Positions 13,868-27,609 of a stretch of DNA of 64,000 bases are shown here, piece by piece; position 1 is the stretch's first letter; the number at the start of each line of letters is the position of its first letter. The stretch comes from Octopus sinensis (Eukaryota): the NCBI RefSeq assembly GCF_006345805.1, contig NC_042997.1, positions 172,732,001 through 172,796,000 on the forward strand, written 5' to 3'. The position numbers and the translations under genes are program-made. Below the pieces are notes generated by a model. It was not told the DNA's origin and searched no databases. It saw only the letters and a list, made by a program, of their open reading frames with translations.

Positions 13868-14198
13868 GGATGGCTCTGTGGTTAGAGCGCCGAGCTTACA
13901 ATCATGAGGTTGTGAGGTTAATTCCCGGACTGGGCTGTGGGTTGTGTTCTTGAGCAAGACACTTTATTTCACGTTGCTCAGTTCACTCACCTGTAGAAAT
14001 GAGTTGCAACGTCACAGGTGCCAAGCTGTATCTGCTGTTGCCTTTCCCTTGGGTAACACTGGTGGTGTGGAGAAGAAAGGCTGGTATGCATGGGTGACTG
14101 CCAGCCTTCCATAAAAAGAACCTTGCTCAGACTTTTGCCTGGGAGGGTAACTTTCTTGGTGCAATCCCATGGTCAGTCATGACCGAAGGGGAGTCTCA
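13868..14198 (+). mobile_element. SINE family C
   Basis: GGCTCTGTGGTTAGAGCGCCGAGCTTACAATC tRNA-like head; tail GTCATGACCGAAGGGG. Confidence 0.85.
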
Positions 14199-14402
14199 GC
14201 TCAGCATCCGGTTTACTCTGTAAGGTGTTTAGTGAATGAACAAGAATGATATAGATTTAAGATTTTTAGTCTCACAAAATACCTGGTAACTTCGTTAATG
14301 CTATTGTCATTATAACAACTATCCGTGCCACTAACACAGGTATCACAACTACAATTTCCATTTGATATTTAAATCAATATCAAAATAAATATCAAATGGA
14401 AA

Positions 14403-14746
14403 TTGTAGTTGTGATACCTTTGCTGGTGGCACATAAAAAGCACCATCCGAACATGGCCGATGCCAGTGCCACCTTGACTGGCTTCTGTGCTGGTGGCACG
14501 TAAAAAGCACCAACCGATCGTGGTCACTTCCAGACTCCTCTGGCACCTGTGCCGGTGGCACTTTAAAAGCACCCACTACACTCACAGAGTGGTTAACATT
14601 AGGAAGGGCACCCAGCTGTAGAAGCACTGCCAGATCAGACTGGAGCCTGGTGCAGCCTCCTGACTTCCCAGACCCCGGTCAAACTGTCCAACCCATGCTA
14701 GCATGGGAAACGGACGTTAAACAATGATGATGATGATGATGATGAT
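14403..14746 (+). mobile_element. Family B element (3 modules)
   Basis: Colinear with 819-1167; (GAT)n tail. Confidence 0.85.
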
Positions 14747-14944
14747 ATTTGGTGAATGAGTAAAGATAACATAGTGTTGAGAGGATCCTTTAGTCTAACA
14801 GAATACCTAGCAACTTCACTGGTGCTGGTACCATTATAACAACCATCCTGTTTACTCTGTAAAATGATTGGTGAATTAGTGAAGAAAATACAATATTGAG
14901 AGAACCCTTTAGTCTTTCCAAATGCATAATCTCTCTAGTTCCAG

Positions 14945-15120
14945 TATCATGATAATGAAATTATTGTATACAGTGCTCAGGTGCACCACAACTTGTCAAA
15001 AGTTTATATAAAGCATATGCAGTAATATACAAATGTCTGGAAAGTGAACAGTGTATGAGTCAGATACATGCTTGCATAAGAGAAAATAAGATGTAGTGTT
15101 GGTGAATCTCAGGAAGTTTT
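14945..15120 (-). mobile_element. CR1-like LINE 3' UTR fragment
   Basis: Matches 30765-30935 (ATGAAATTATTGTATACAGTGCTCAGGTGCACCACAAC...). Confidence 0.65.
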
Positions 15121-15740
15121 GATGAATTACACCTAAGAAAATCCATAAAATGTTTGGATTCTGTGAGAGCATCCAGTCAGAAACTGTCAGATGGAGTGTA
15201 TAAGCAAGATGTGTTTTTCCTACTGTCCCTTAAACCATTGTCCAGTTTAATACCATGATCTGGCTCTCAGGTGATTTTAATGAATCTGTTTTGCTATGAG
15301 TATTCAAATCTCCATTCTCCATTTTTTTCTTTCTTTCTCTATAACATTCATGGAGATAATTCATTAAGAACACCTCCTCTTCTGACAAAGCAAATTGCAT
15401 TTCTTTCAATTTTTGTTTTTTTTATGATGTATGTGAATTACAGGTTGTCCATCTCTAAGCCATGCATTACTGAAAACTAATAAATCACTTAATATTTAAT
15501 TAATGCTAATTGTAGACATTATATCCTAAGGCAATTACATAATTCTATTTGCTTTGTAGAAAGAAAACCCTCCAAAAAGCATTTGAGTTTAAGAGATTAG
15601 GAAACTAAATTCATGTCCTTTTCTGTCCTCTCTACATCAGTGACCCCTAGATTGTATTTTGTTCCTGGTTCATGCCAATCTTAGAGACCCAGCAAAAGGT
15701 TATATACATACATACATACATACATACATACATACATACA

Positions 15741-15772
<32 letters not shown>

Positions 15773-15923
15773 CAATAGGCTTACTTTAGTTTTTGTCTAC
15801 CAAATATACTTACAAGATATTGGTTGACCCAGAACCATAGTAGAAGATAATTGTCTAAGGTGCATGGCAATTTGAGCATGTATCTTCAACTATAGTCTTT
15901 ATATATATATATATATATATATA

Positions 15924-16012
<89 letters not shown>

Positions 16013-16072
16013 ATAATAATAATAATAATATATGAGGGAATAATTAAATTTAGAAGTACTAAATCAAATTTC

Positions 16073-16104
<32 letters not shown>

Positions 16105-16107
<3 letters not shown>

Positions 16108-16378
16108 CTTTTATTCTTTTTCTTGTTTTCAATCATTTGACTGTGACCATGCTGGAGCACCACCTTTAATCGGACAAATCTACCCCAGGACTTATTCTTT
16201 GTAAGCCTAGTAGTTATTCTATTGGTCACTTTTGCTGAACCACTAAGTTATGGGGATGTAAACACACCAGCATCAGTTGTCAAGTGATGGTGGGGGGGAC
16301 AAACAGAGACACAAACAAACACATAAACACACACACACACACCACACACACACACACACACACATACACACACATTCT
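16105..16378 (-). mobile_element. SINE family A, 3' half abutting the RTE LINE
   Basis: Family A 3' signature; ends at a (CA)n tract. Confidence 0.8.
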
Positions 16379-16384
16379 TCTTAT

Positions 16385-18215
16385 GTCCAACTTTTCTCTC
16401 AGGGCTCTTGTGTTTGCACACTGACATTACACATCCAGCAGAGCATACTAGCTTCATTCCTGTCAAGCCTACGCATATCCTCAGCAGTCACAGCTTTTCT
16501 CACATATGCATCATACAGTCTACCTTTCATTCTGAATGAGAAGCCCTTTATTTCCAGCAGAGGTAGGAGCTCTCTGAACTTTGCTGAAGCTATTCCCATT
16601 CTAGCAGCTACACTCTCAGAGCATCTACCCCCACTACTGACTTGGTCACCTAGGTAACAGAAGCTATCAATTACTTTTAGTTTTGCCCCCTGGAATGTGA
16701 GGGAATCTGTTTTCTGTACATCTTTGATGTCTATTGGCCCTGTTTATTGCATCTGCCATACACAAAAACTATCTTGCCTGTTAACCTTCCTCTGATATTG
16801 CTGCACCTCTTATGTGTCCATATCTTACACCGGGTATATCTTATGGAGTTTCTACCTATGCCCTTTTATGCAGATCGAGCAGGGCTATCTACCTGAGGGG
16901 ATTTGCAATTTGTCTGCCTTCCTACTTACGAAGACTTTGGTTTTTGCTAGATTGACTCAAAGGCTCTTCAATTTTCAACACCTGAAACTTCTCCTCTAGT
17001 TCTGATAGTGACTCAGCTATTAGAACAAGGTCATCAACATGGAGGAGCTCCCAGGGGCAGCCTGTCTTGAATTCCTCTGTTATTCCTGGAGGACTATGAT
17101 GAATAGGAGGGGGCTGAACCCCTACTTTTACCTGGAATTCTTCACTATATGCATTTCCAACCCTCACCTTACTGACAGCATCCCTGTACATGGCTTGTAC
17201 AGCTCTCACTAACCATTCATCTATCCCTAGTTTCTGCATTGACTACCAGATAAGGGATCGGGGGACCCTGTCAAAGGCTTTCTCCATGTCAACAAAAGCC
17301 AAGTACATAGGTTTAGCTTTGGCTAGGAATTTCTCCTGCAGCTCTCTTACCAGAAATATAGCGTCAATGGTGCTTCTCCCTGACACAAACCCAAACTGCA
17401 TCTCATCTAAACTAACACTCTCCCTAATTAGTTGGGCTACAATCCCTCTGTGACTTTCATCACTTGATCCAACAATTTGATACCTCTGTAATTATTCCTA
17501 GCTAACATATCACCTCTACCTTTGTAGCAGTTGACTGTGGTGCTGCTACACCAGTAATTCGGTATGACTCCTTCATGTATCACATGGTTAACTATATGGG
17601 TGACTAAGCTATAGCCTACACTGCCTGATATTTTAAGCATCTCAGCAGTGATTCTTGATGAGCTGGGGGGCTTTCCCTGTCTTCATACCCTTAACTGCTT
17701 TATCTACCAAGGTACTGTCAATATGAATAGTTGGAAGACTCTCTTTCTCCCATTCATTCTCTTCATTTAGCAACCTTTCATAGTGGTGTCTCCAAGTCTC
17801 TCTCTTTGCAGCATCATTAAATGCAAGTGAGCCATCATCCATGTGGACACATTTCTCTCCTATGGCATCAAGATTCTCTCTCACACACTGTCTTGCAATA
17901 AGAAACACTTCATGTCTCTGGTCCTGATGGCACAGAACATTGGCAAATTGTTTCTTATCTGTATCCCCTCTGGCTAAGTAAACCTGTCTCCTAGCTTCCC
18001 TTCTGGCGATTTGATGCAGTTCCCTGCTACAACCACACCTGCAGTCCTTCCATGCCTGTTTCTTTACCCTAATGGCCCTTTCAACTACATTGTTCCACCA
18101 CCATGTTACCTTAGGTTGAGAAGGGACTTTGCACCATCCACAGATCTGGTTAGTAGCCCTCAACAGGTTGTTCTGTAGAAACCTCACATATATATGTCCT
18201 TTTAATTCATTTTTG
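16385..18215 (-). pseudogene. RTE-clade LINE remnant (reverse transcriptase), 5'-truncated and frameshifted
   Basis: TWWWNNVVERAI; KMKTGKAP; NNYRGIKLLDQVMKV; FVDMEKAFD (minus of 17190-17453 frame); WELLHVDDLVLIAES; RMKGRLYDAYVR. Confidence 0.92.
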
Positions 18216-18424
18216 GGAAACATATTGAATATTTATATAAAAGCTCCTACTCTATTATGTCAGCTACAGCTTAAGGATGCCAACAGGCAATAAGAGTTTT
18301 TGGGGGTCACACTAAGCTGTGCCTATACAATGTAGGATAAATATAGCAATAATAATTCTTGGATGAAATTTACAAATATTTATAAATACCATCTAAGGCT
18401 TATTATTATTGCTATATATATATA

Positions 18425-18620
18425 TATATATATACCGGAGTAAACACATAAATGTGAAACAAGGTGGAAAAAAGAGTACTCAAATACCAGTGGTAGAGTA
18501 ATATGCTTTATTTAAAGCAACAGAAAATTCAACAAAACCTGTTACTCTGAGTTTCGCGTTGCTGGCAACGCGAAACTCAGAGTAACAGGTTTTGTTGAAT
18601 TTTCTGCTGCTTTAAATAAA

Positions 18621-18621
<1 letters not shown>
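18425..18621. mobile_element. Penelope-like terminal fragment ending in a fold-back palindrome
   Basis: 57-bp arms 18506-18562 and 18565-18621 with 1 mismatch; embedded in (TA)n. Confidence 0.55.
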
Positions 18622-18660
<39 letters not shown>

Positions 18661-18664
<4 letters not shown>

Positions 18665-18830
18665 CATTATAAGGGTAGAAATTGATATTAATCAATTAAA
18701 ACCAGTGGCCTAGCATATTTTAAAAAATCTGAAGATAAAAAATTGTGTTACATACAAAATTTAGAAGACTGACCACTAAAGTGGACAGCCTATATGCTAA
18801 ACATAGATGTCAAATCGCCATGGTGATTAT
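18661..18830 (+). mobile_element. Interspersed repeat, same family as 54430-54670
   Basis: TGACCACTAAAGTGGAC..CCTATATGCTAAACATAGATGTCAAATC shared between the two loci. Confidence 0.7.
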
Positions 18831-19198
18831 ATATATATATAATGCACATTGTTATAAACGTATGGTCCATAATATACTTTGGATTTACACAAGGAGCTGG
18901 TTCTGAAAGAGGTGTATACATATATGCCAGTTAATGGGGTTGAACCCAAAGTGACATGTTTGAGAAGCAACATCTTAATCACACTGCCATATTTTTTACC
19001 CATGTTGCCTTCTACATCAGACCATGTTTTATGCCTAATCTTAAGCTAAGCACTGCATATATAGATTCTCATGTGCTTGCATATTCACATAAACACACAT
19101 ACACGTGTATATATAACATGAATGCACGCATACATGTGTAAGTACATACATATATATACATATATATATAAAGACATACACACACATATATATATTTA

Positions 19199-19230
<32 letters not shown>

Positions 19231-21192
19231 CACATACATATATGCATAGATAGATAGATAAATATATATATATGGGTGTATGTTGTTCATGTTTCTCTAA
19301 ATACACATAACCCACTACTCTTCCCCTACCACATGTATATATACACACAATAACCATAAAATTCATATAAGTCATGTAAACTTGTGAAAATGGCTTTTGT
19401 GATTTTCAAAATAGATGTCAACAAAACATGATAGAAAGTTAAATTTTGGATTGAAATTGCTGTTGAGACACTAGAATGTTCTTACAAGTCTTAAATCTTC
19501 TCCAGATGCTATATCTATAAACAATAATGTTGGGAGATCTAAATTTATCGAAGACAAGAATTGCTCTTCCATTCCTTGTAAAAACATGTTAGCAAATTGT
19601 GAATAGCGAAGATTAAAGATGCTTATCAATATATTTAAAACAAAGCAAATATTTCTATTCTTTATTTTGTGTCTTGCGGAAATCATCGGTGATAACAGGT
19701 CTAAGGAATTGGTTTGGTCTGTGATTTATCATTCAACAGACAGTTTATCGATGGCTTGAGAACTTTAAATAAGTTTTGCTTATATGGCATAAATGAAGTT
19801 ATAAACAGTTTGATTTGGTTCCATACATACACACACACACATACACACACACAACAATATTGGCGCATGGTGTGGTATGGTGCATGATGATGAGTTGTAG
19901 TATTGTAGAGTGGGGTGTGATGATGTAGTGCGCTGTGCTATAGTGTGGTGTTGGTCAGCAGGAGAGGGTGGGTTGAATTAGTATGAATGTTCCAATGTTT
20001 TCAGTAAAGACAGAAAGCAATCAAAGATGTATAATAGCAGAGGTCATGGAAAAGAGTGCAGAATACTATCTCTTTTGGCAGTGATAATAAAGAACAGAGG
20101 GAGAAATTGGATATTGTCCCGGTAGCAAGGTCACGACTTAGTGAACAGAGCTAATCGCTGAAGCCAAACACTCAAGACATATTGATGGATCAATACATTT
20201 GGTGAGAAGCCTTGCCTTGACATGCTGCCAATTAGAAACAAAAGCTATCAGACAGAAATACCCTTAATCCTACTGCTGTTCTTAGAATCTTGATTCCGGT
20301 TTCCTTTCCCTATGTTATTAGCTTAATTTTTAACTAATTCCGAATGTAAGATGCTGCTTCATGTGTCAAAAACGTCTCGGGTTTGGAGAGCTTACAGTGT
20401 CAGCAGAATAAATGTTGATAATTAATGCAACTTCCCATTAACTGGTGACTTAATTACAATCTGTTACCTGGGTTTTAGTAAAACTTTGCTATTTGAGGAA
20501 ATGTACATTCGGAGATAAAATACTATATTAGTAAATAAACATTAAGAAATATAAAAAAAGAAAAAAAAGAAAGGAAAAATCATGATTCCCCCTAATCTAA
20601 TGGATTATTGGACACTGCTAGCATTATATGTAGGATAAGTCAACTTTGACAGAGACTGTCTTCTCTAAGCTGTAACATGAATGCATTACTGAAAGTTAAT
20701 AAAGCACTTAGCATTTATATAGTGCTACCACTGTTTAACATATTGAATTATTAAATACCATATTTCAATCTCCTCCTTTTCCCTTTTTTTCCTGTGTAAT
20801 AATACCAATACATTCCATATTGTTAAAAATCTATAATATTCTGCTTGTCATGACATGTGTTATGCTTTAAGCAACCTCAACAATGGAACAAAATCAAGGC
20901 TATAATAAAAATCGTTAACATAATGAAACAATGTTTTGATGTTTTATAAGATTAAGTGTAAAAAGCACATATAAGAATATTTATAAAATGTGGAATTTCT
21001 ATAGGTCAGAGCTGTGTATTTAAGAAGTTTGCTTCCTAACCACATGGTTTTGGGTTCATGTGGCTACATGAACACAAAGTCACACAGTATGGTACCTTGA
21101 GCAAGCATCTTCTACTATATCCCTGAACTGAGCAGAACCTTGTGAGTAGATTTAACAGATGAAAACTGAAAGAAGCCCATCATATGTGTGTG

Positions 21193-21236
<44 letters not shown>

Positions 21237-21237
21237 C

Positions 21238-21450
21238 TGGCCCTCATGCCAGTGGTATGTAAAAGCACCCATTACACTCTCAGAGTGGTTGGCATTAGGA
21301 AGGGAATCCAGCGGCGGTAGAAATCTTGCCAGATCAGATTGAAGCCTGGTGCAGCCTTCTGGCTTGCCAGTCCTTTGTCAAACCATCCAACCCATGCCAG
21401 CATGGAAAACGGACATTAAACGATGATGATGACAATGATGATGATGATTA
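21238..21450 (+). mobile_element. Family B, 3' part
   Basis: AGTGGTTGGCATTAGGAAGGG...CATGGAAAACGGACATTAAACGATGATG. Confidence 0.85.
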
Positions 21451-22896
21451 TATTTGATGGAAAAAAAGCATCTGATGATAAGATAGACTGCAAATAATCT
21501 TTGTGCGGCAGACAATATACGCAGATCTGCACCACTCATGCAACCATTCTAGAAACAGCTGTAAAGTACTGCCTGCTACCTCTTTTCTATCAATTCTAAG
21601 TATTTTTTTTTATCTCTAGCACCACTGATCTGCTTACCCTTCTAATCACATCTACACTATGGATTTCCTTTCTACATTAACCTTGAGTGCACCAATCTAC
21701 ATCTGAACTATTATGAACTTTCCACCTTTCAAACTCCTTCTGGTTTTCTAACACATATATTTCATATATATATATATTCGCATTTCTCTTCAATATGTTA
21801 TATAAATAAGCTATAAATTGATTTGTCTATACTTTTGTTTCTTTACACCTACACTAGTTTGGCTGATATATTGCTTATAGCCAATTCTCATTTCAGCAGA
21901 TCTCACATCTCTGCACTCATTGCTGGAGTTCAGGCACTGATTCAACCTGAGCATTCATTACATGCACCTACTGTTTTATGCCATTTGGCATCTTATTACT
22001 CACCACTCATGTGTGTGTGTGTTGTATGTGTATGTGTTTGTATACACAAACATGCACATATGCATATGAATATATATTTGCATTTACGTATATTTGTGTT
22101 CATGTGCACATACATATCTGTATATGTTTATCTGTCCTTGTCTTGATATCATATAATAGCTGTAAATGAGCGTCATTGTCACACAAGCAGTATTGTTCAT
22201 TTCCAGTGTTCTGTGTAAATACAGTCAACCTTGGAAAAAAATCACCTTGCTTGGACACAATTAGTAACAGGAAGGGCATTTAGACTTCGAAAATCTGATG
22301 CAATGAATTCTGTCTAATCCATGTAAGCATGGATGAGTGGGTGTAAAATGATGATGGTGATGATGACGACAACGTTGGAGACTATCGCTTCAGCATGCTT
22401 TTATGTTGTTTTCCATTACCATGGATACTGGCACTGTACCATTTATACAATTTCATGGCGACAAAGTTAGTTTTTGTTGTACCTCATGCCATCCTTTGTG
22501 CAGCTGTAACAATTCCAATTTTTTTTTTTCATCAGGTATAGTACAGTATATCTAGGATTGTATTATACATTGCAGCCTTCCCTTTTAAAAGATGTTAAGT
22601 TGTGATTTGAGGAAAATTTAGTTGCTATTTCCAGCAGATCTAGCAAATCAGACTAAGTAGAAGCTTCCTCATTGACTCACCTGCTGAGTTGTTGTTATTT
22701 AGCGCCCAGATCAGCTCTGAAGTAGACCTAATATCGAAGACATTCCAACTATGACCTTCACAGCAATTTGTTTCATGTATAGTGTAGTATCTCTTTCACA
22801 ACCCTCCCTGGTGTGTCCTGTTTTCAGATATAAAAGTGTTTATTTCAACTTCGTCATTTTCAGACATTATTTCAGGTGAAAAGCTTTAGTTTGATA

Positions 22897-23222
22897 GCAT
22901 AGCTGGGCACTCCATCGGTTACAATGAGTGTTTCAGTTGACACGATCAATGGAACAACTTGCTCATCAAATTAATGCACAAGTGACTGAGTACTCCACAG
23001 ACATGTGTACCCTTTAATGTAGTTCTCAGAGAGATTCAGCGTGATACATTTAATGTCACAAAGCTGGCCTCTTGAACTACAGGTACAACTCGTTTTTGCC
23101 AGCTGAGTGGACTGGAACAATGTGAAATAAAGTGTCTTGCTCAAGGACACATTGTGCCACCAGGAATTGAACTCATGACCTTATGATTGTGAACTGAATA
23201 CCCTAACCACTAAGCCACATGT
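22897..23222 (-). mobile_element. SINE family C-related element with a different 3' part
   Basis: AGCTGAGTGGACTGGAACAATGTGAAATAAAGTGTCTTGCTCAAG block plus tRNA-like head. Confidence 0.7.
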
Positions 23223-23629
23223 ATATGAGTACATATGAGTACAACGTGAGTACAAATCAATTTGGTAGAGTTGTTAGAATATCTAATAGAATGCCTTGTG
23301 GTATTTGTTTCAACTCTCTATACTCTGAGTTCAAATTCTAAATTGATACTGATAAACAATACCAATTTAGGGTGATGGAACTGTCAAAATATTGAATCAG
23401 TACCTTGTGGTATTTATTTTAGTTCTTTGCATTCTGAGTTCAAATTATTCTATAGCTTATTTGAGTGGTAGATTTAACCGAAAGGTTCTCAACATTAGCA
23501 AAACTGTCCCCAAGGGGGTGCTGGATATGTTGAAGGAGGTGTTAGGCTTTGGGTGGGGCGGGGTGAGGAGTGAGGTAATATAACATACTAAATTCTACCT
23601 ATACTAGGAATTATATTAAATAAATAAAA

Positions 23630-23883
23630 AATAAATGCGCCCTTTTAAAGCCTAGCCAGGCTCATGGGCCCGGTTTCCCGGTTTCAATGGCATATGTGTT
23701 CCCCAGCTGGACGGGACGCCAGTCCATTGCAGCGTTGCTCATTTTTGCCAGCTGAGTGGACTGGAGCAACGTGGAATGAAGTGTTTTGCTCAAGAACACA
23801 ACGCATCGCCCGGTCGAGGAATCGAAACCACAATCTTACGATCAAGATGCTGACACCCTAACCACTAAGCCACGTGCCTCCAC
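23630..23883 (-). mobile_element. tRNA-derived SINE with V-domain-like block, CpG-intact
   Basis: Minus strand GCAATGGACTGGCGTCCCGTCCAGCTGGGG, resembling the V-SINE central motif; head shared with family C. Confidence 0.7.
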
Positions 23884-24153
23884 TAGGAATTATATTACAC
23901 ATGATAAAACTAGTAATGGTTATTAAAATAAAATGAAATCTCATCAGGCACAGGGAAGTCATTAACTTGCAATGTATACAGTAAATTTACAACGTTTTGT
24001 CTTTATTAATTTTTCTCTTTTTTTTTTATCATTTCACTGTTAAAAGCTTATACAGTCCATTTTTTGAGTAAAATTTATGAATTATCATTCATGTTAAGAT
24101 GGTTTAGTTGTTATACCTCACTCGCCACTGAGGTGGGTGCCAGGCATAACTAT

Positions 24154-24312
24154 TTAACCTTTTCGTTACCAACCCGGCTGAAACCGGCTCTGGCTCTGTA
24201 GTACAAATGTCTTGTTTTCATATGTTTTGAATTAAAATCTTCCATCAAACCTTAGTCACAATTTATGTTCCTAACACTAGCTTAATGATAAGTTATTTTA
24301 CTAAATTCTTTG
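24154..24312. mobile_element. Possible TTAA-type MITE terminus
   Basis: TTAA-CCTTTTCGTTACC start; partner end not securely located. Confidence 0.3.
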
Positions 24313-24554
24313 TCACCTGATTTTAATGCTACCACCTGGTTCCTTAAATGGCTTTTGCAGAATCCAATCTGATGCAAGCATTAGAGCCAGGTCTTCAGTT
24401 TAAGGATTACTTTCTCCCTTCCTTCTGCCCACCAGTCTCAAGGCCCTGTCAAGAATCATAGGCACTAAACAAAATGATATATTGCTAAAGGTCTCGGTCC
24501 CTTGTCACTACCTCTGTGAGGCCTCCTCCACCAAATTCTCTTTATTTCTTCATC

Positions 24555-24806
24555 TAGTTTGTTTTTTATGTGCAAGTGGCACATAAAAAACACCATTGAG
24601 CATGGCCGTTGCCAGTATGACCAAACTGGCCCACATGCCGGTGGCACGTAAAAGCACCCACTACACTCTTGGAGTGGTTGGCATTAGGAAGGGCATCCAG
24701 CTGTAGAAACTCTGCCAGATCAGACTGGAGTCTGGTTCACCAGACTTCAGTCAAATCGTCCAACCCATGCTAGCATGGAAAGTGGACGTTAAGTGATGAT
24801 GATGAT
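24555..24806 (+). mobile_element. Family B element
   Basis: Two modules, conserved 3' part, (GAT)n tail. Confidence 0.85.
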
Positions 24807-27609
24807 TATCACCCTTTTGTTGTACAAAAAAAAAAAAAATTAATTAAAACACACCCTGGCTTTTGTGTCAAGAATACTCCTGCAATGGAACCTTTTTTCT
24901 CATTGGATCTCCTAATATGCATGATTGAATGTGTAGTTATTAGAAGGTTAGATGTATAAGAAGCTGTTTGCAAGAGCAGGAAGGTTGTATAATGGTGTAG
25001 ACATGAGAGATGAACATGATTTGAGAAAGAGAAACACACACACACAAGACAGTTATTTATAGTCTCAAGTGGTATCATTATTTGACTGAAAACAGTTAAA
25101 TGAAATCTCAGTGAGTGAACTATAAGTAAATTGTTTATTAAAGAGAGTTAGACCAAAGTAAAACATGTTCAAGGTAGCTTAATCAGAGCTAAGAAGACGT
25201 TTTCGAAATGCATAGAAGATTATATGATAATTATATGACAAGTATATAAGATATGATAAGTATATAGTAAGATATGAGCAAAGATAGGAAAAAATTATCT
25301 TTGCCCCCTGCAGTTACTAATTGTCAAGAGATGTCACTAGTTGTTAAGGTGGTTATTTAATTCTTTTACCACTCATCTCCATTTTGCTATCATTCAACAG
25401 AGCTCTTTTGCAAACAAGCAGGCAGTCTGTAATATTTGTAATATCTGTAATATCAGCTTTTTTACGAACTAGAATCCTTTTGCTCAAGTGAATTCCATCA
25501 AATTGCTCACCTTACCAAATATTTGTCTATAGCATTAGTTCTAGAGTTGAACTACTCTCTGCATTCCACCTGTGTTACCTTTGTACCAATGAAAATAGTG
25601 ACTAAGATCTTCACTTTTTTTTTTGTGTTTTCTCAACACTATAAAAGTATTTGTGTTACTACTGTTGTTGTCTCAAAGCTATGAGATAAAATGTGATTAA
25701 TTTGAAAAGTGAGTATTATATTCGACAGAGAAATCTGACTGCTAATGGGTTGAATAATTCAACAGGGACAAATTGGAGGACTGCACTGAACTCTAAAGTT
25801 TCCTTTGGCATGGTTTTTTTTACAACTGGATGCTCTTCATAATGTGAACCCAGTGCTTTTGTTCATGACATCAGCTCTAATGAGTTTGCCATTTAACTAA
25901 CAAGACAAAAAAAAAAGACCCCCCTGACTAAGTGAGAGTGTAGTGTCAGGTCACTTGTGAGGTCTCTCATGAGTGTTACTGGCACCCCCACTAGGTTTAC
26001 CTGGTGGGTGGGATTGCTAGAAATCTAGTAAGACTGAAAACAAGCATGTCCAGTAAGTTCACCATCACCAATTCACCGCAGGGAAAGTTTACTGTAAGGA
26101 ATGATCGCCATAAGGAAAGTCTATGGAGAGATAAGTTCACAGTAAAAGAATAATTAATATATTACTACTACTACTATTACTACTATCATCAGCATCACTA
26201 TCATTACTTTCTAGTATCTTATCTTTATTGAATAAAGCTGAGTGGCCTTCAAAGTGTTCAATATTTGATTTTCCTTTCTTCAAGTTAGCCTTGATGCATT
26301 TGTCATGCTGAATCTCATATCATTTCCTCTACCACATCCGTATATTCTCTGTAGCAGTGTTTCTAGTTGTTTAACATCTGCTGTGTACTATGTCCAATAA
26401 GTTCACTGTCATCAATTCACCACAGACCTGTCAATAAGATGAAAGAACCTAGTGTAAGTACAACAACTATCTAGCAGTAGCATGGGTCCTCGGAAATTCC
26501 GGGTTGGTGTTCAGTATGCTGGAAGATCATTGGGAGTGAGGCACCCCTTAGCTTCTTAGATTCTAGAACCCATGTATTTATGTATATTTGTCTTCATATC
26601 TGTATATATTTATCTATCCTTGTCCTGATATCGTGTAATGGCTGTAAATGAGTGTCATTTTCACACATGCAGTGTTGTTCATTTCCAGTGTTCTGTGTAA
26701 ATACAGTCAACCTTGGAAAAAAATCACCTTGCTTGGACACAGTTAGTAATAGGAAGGGCTCCAATAATTGGTGGTGACTTGGTCAGTGAATCTTCTGCAA
26801 CGGTCAACAATTAATGGCAAGATGAGCTGCTACAGATCACATTATCCTAAAGTGTGTGTACATGTGGCCAGGGACCACATGAGAACTTGAATTATCACTG
26901 AAACTCCTGAACATGACCTTGGTCAGAGCTGGCTCAACCCATCCCAGGTGAATGTCACTGCAAGTACAAGTAAGAGCATATTTGAAAGAGAGAGACAACT
27001 AAATGAAAAATGTTGAGAAGTCAAAATAAGATCCAAGGGGCAGAAACAAATTTTTTACCGTAGAGGAGATACATGGTTACCTTACACTATATAAGGTTTG
27101 GTGGGAGTAATTGGGATGGGGGTGGAAGGAGAGATTAAGGTGGTGGTTACGAGATATCAGAGATACCCTCAAGGTACAAGAAGGTGAAGATGAATAGACG
27201 AGAAAAAGAATGGGGACAGAAGAACAGGTAGGGTGGGTGAGTAGTTTATTAATTAAAATATTTAGGTCCATTTTATTAAAGAAGCAAGTTACTACAATGA
27301 TAATTACTTCCAGTATGGGTGAATCTGGTCAATTATAATTTTCTTTTTATTTCTGCATGTATTCACGAACAATAACATTTGTTTGGCTTTGTGTTGACTT
27401 ACTTTCTCACAGTCAAGTCTTGCAGGCTATTGGCTATGAAAAGAGTTCCTTTTTTTATTTTATTATTATTTTGTTGAATTCCATATAGATTTTTTTATTT
27501 TTTTTTCATTCTATCTTTCCTGTTCCTTTGTCCTTATCTAAACTTCTTTGTTTTTGTTTTTTTTAGTGTTGTTAGCTTCTTGTTTGTAATTTCTTCTTTC
27601 CATTCACAC

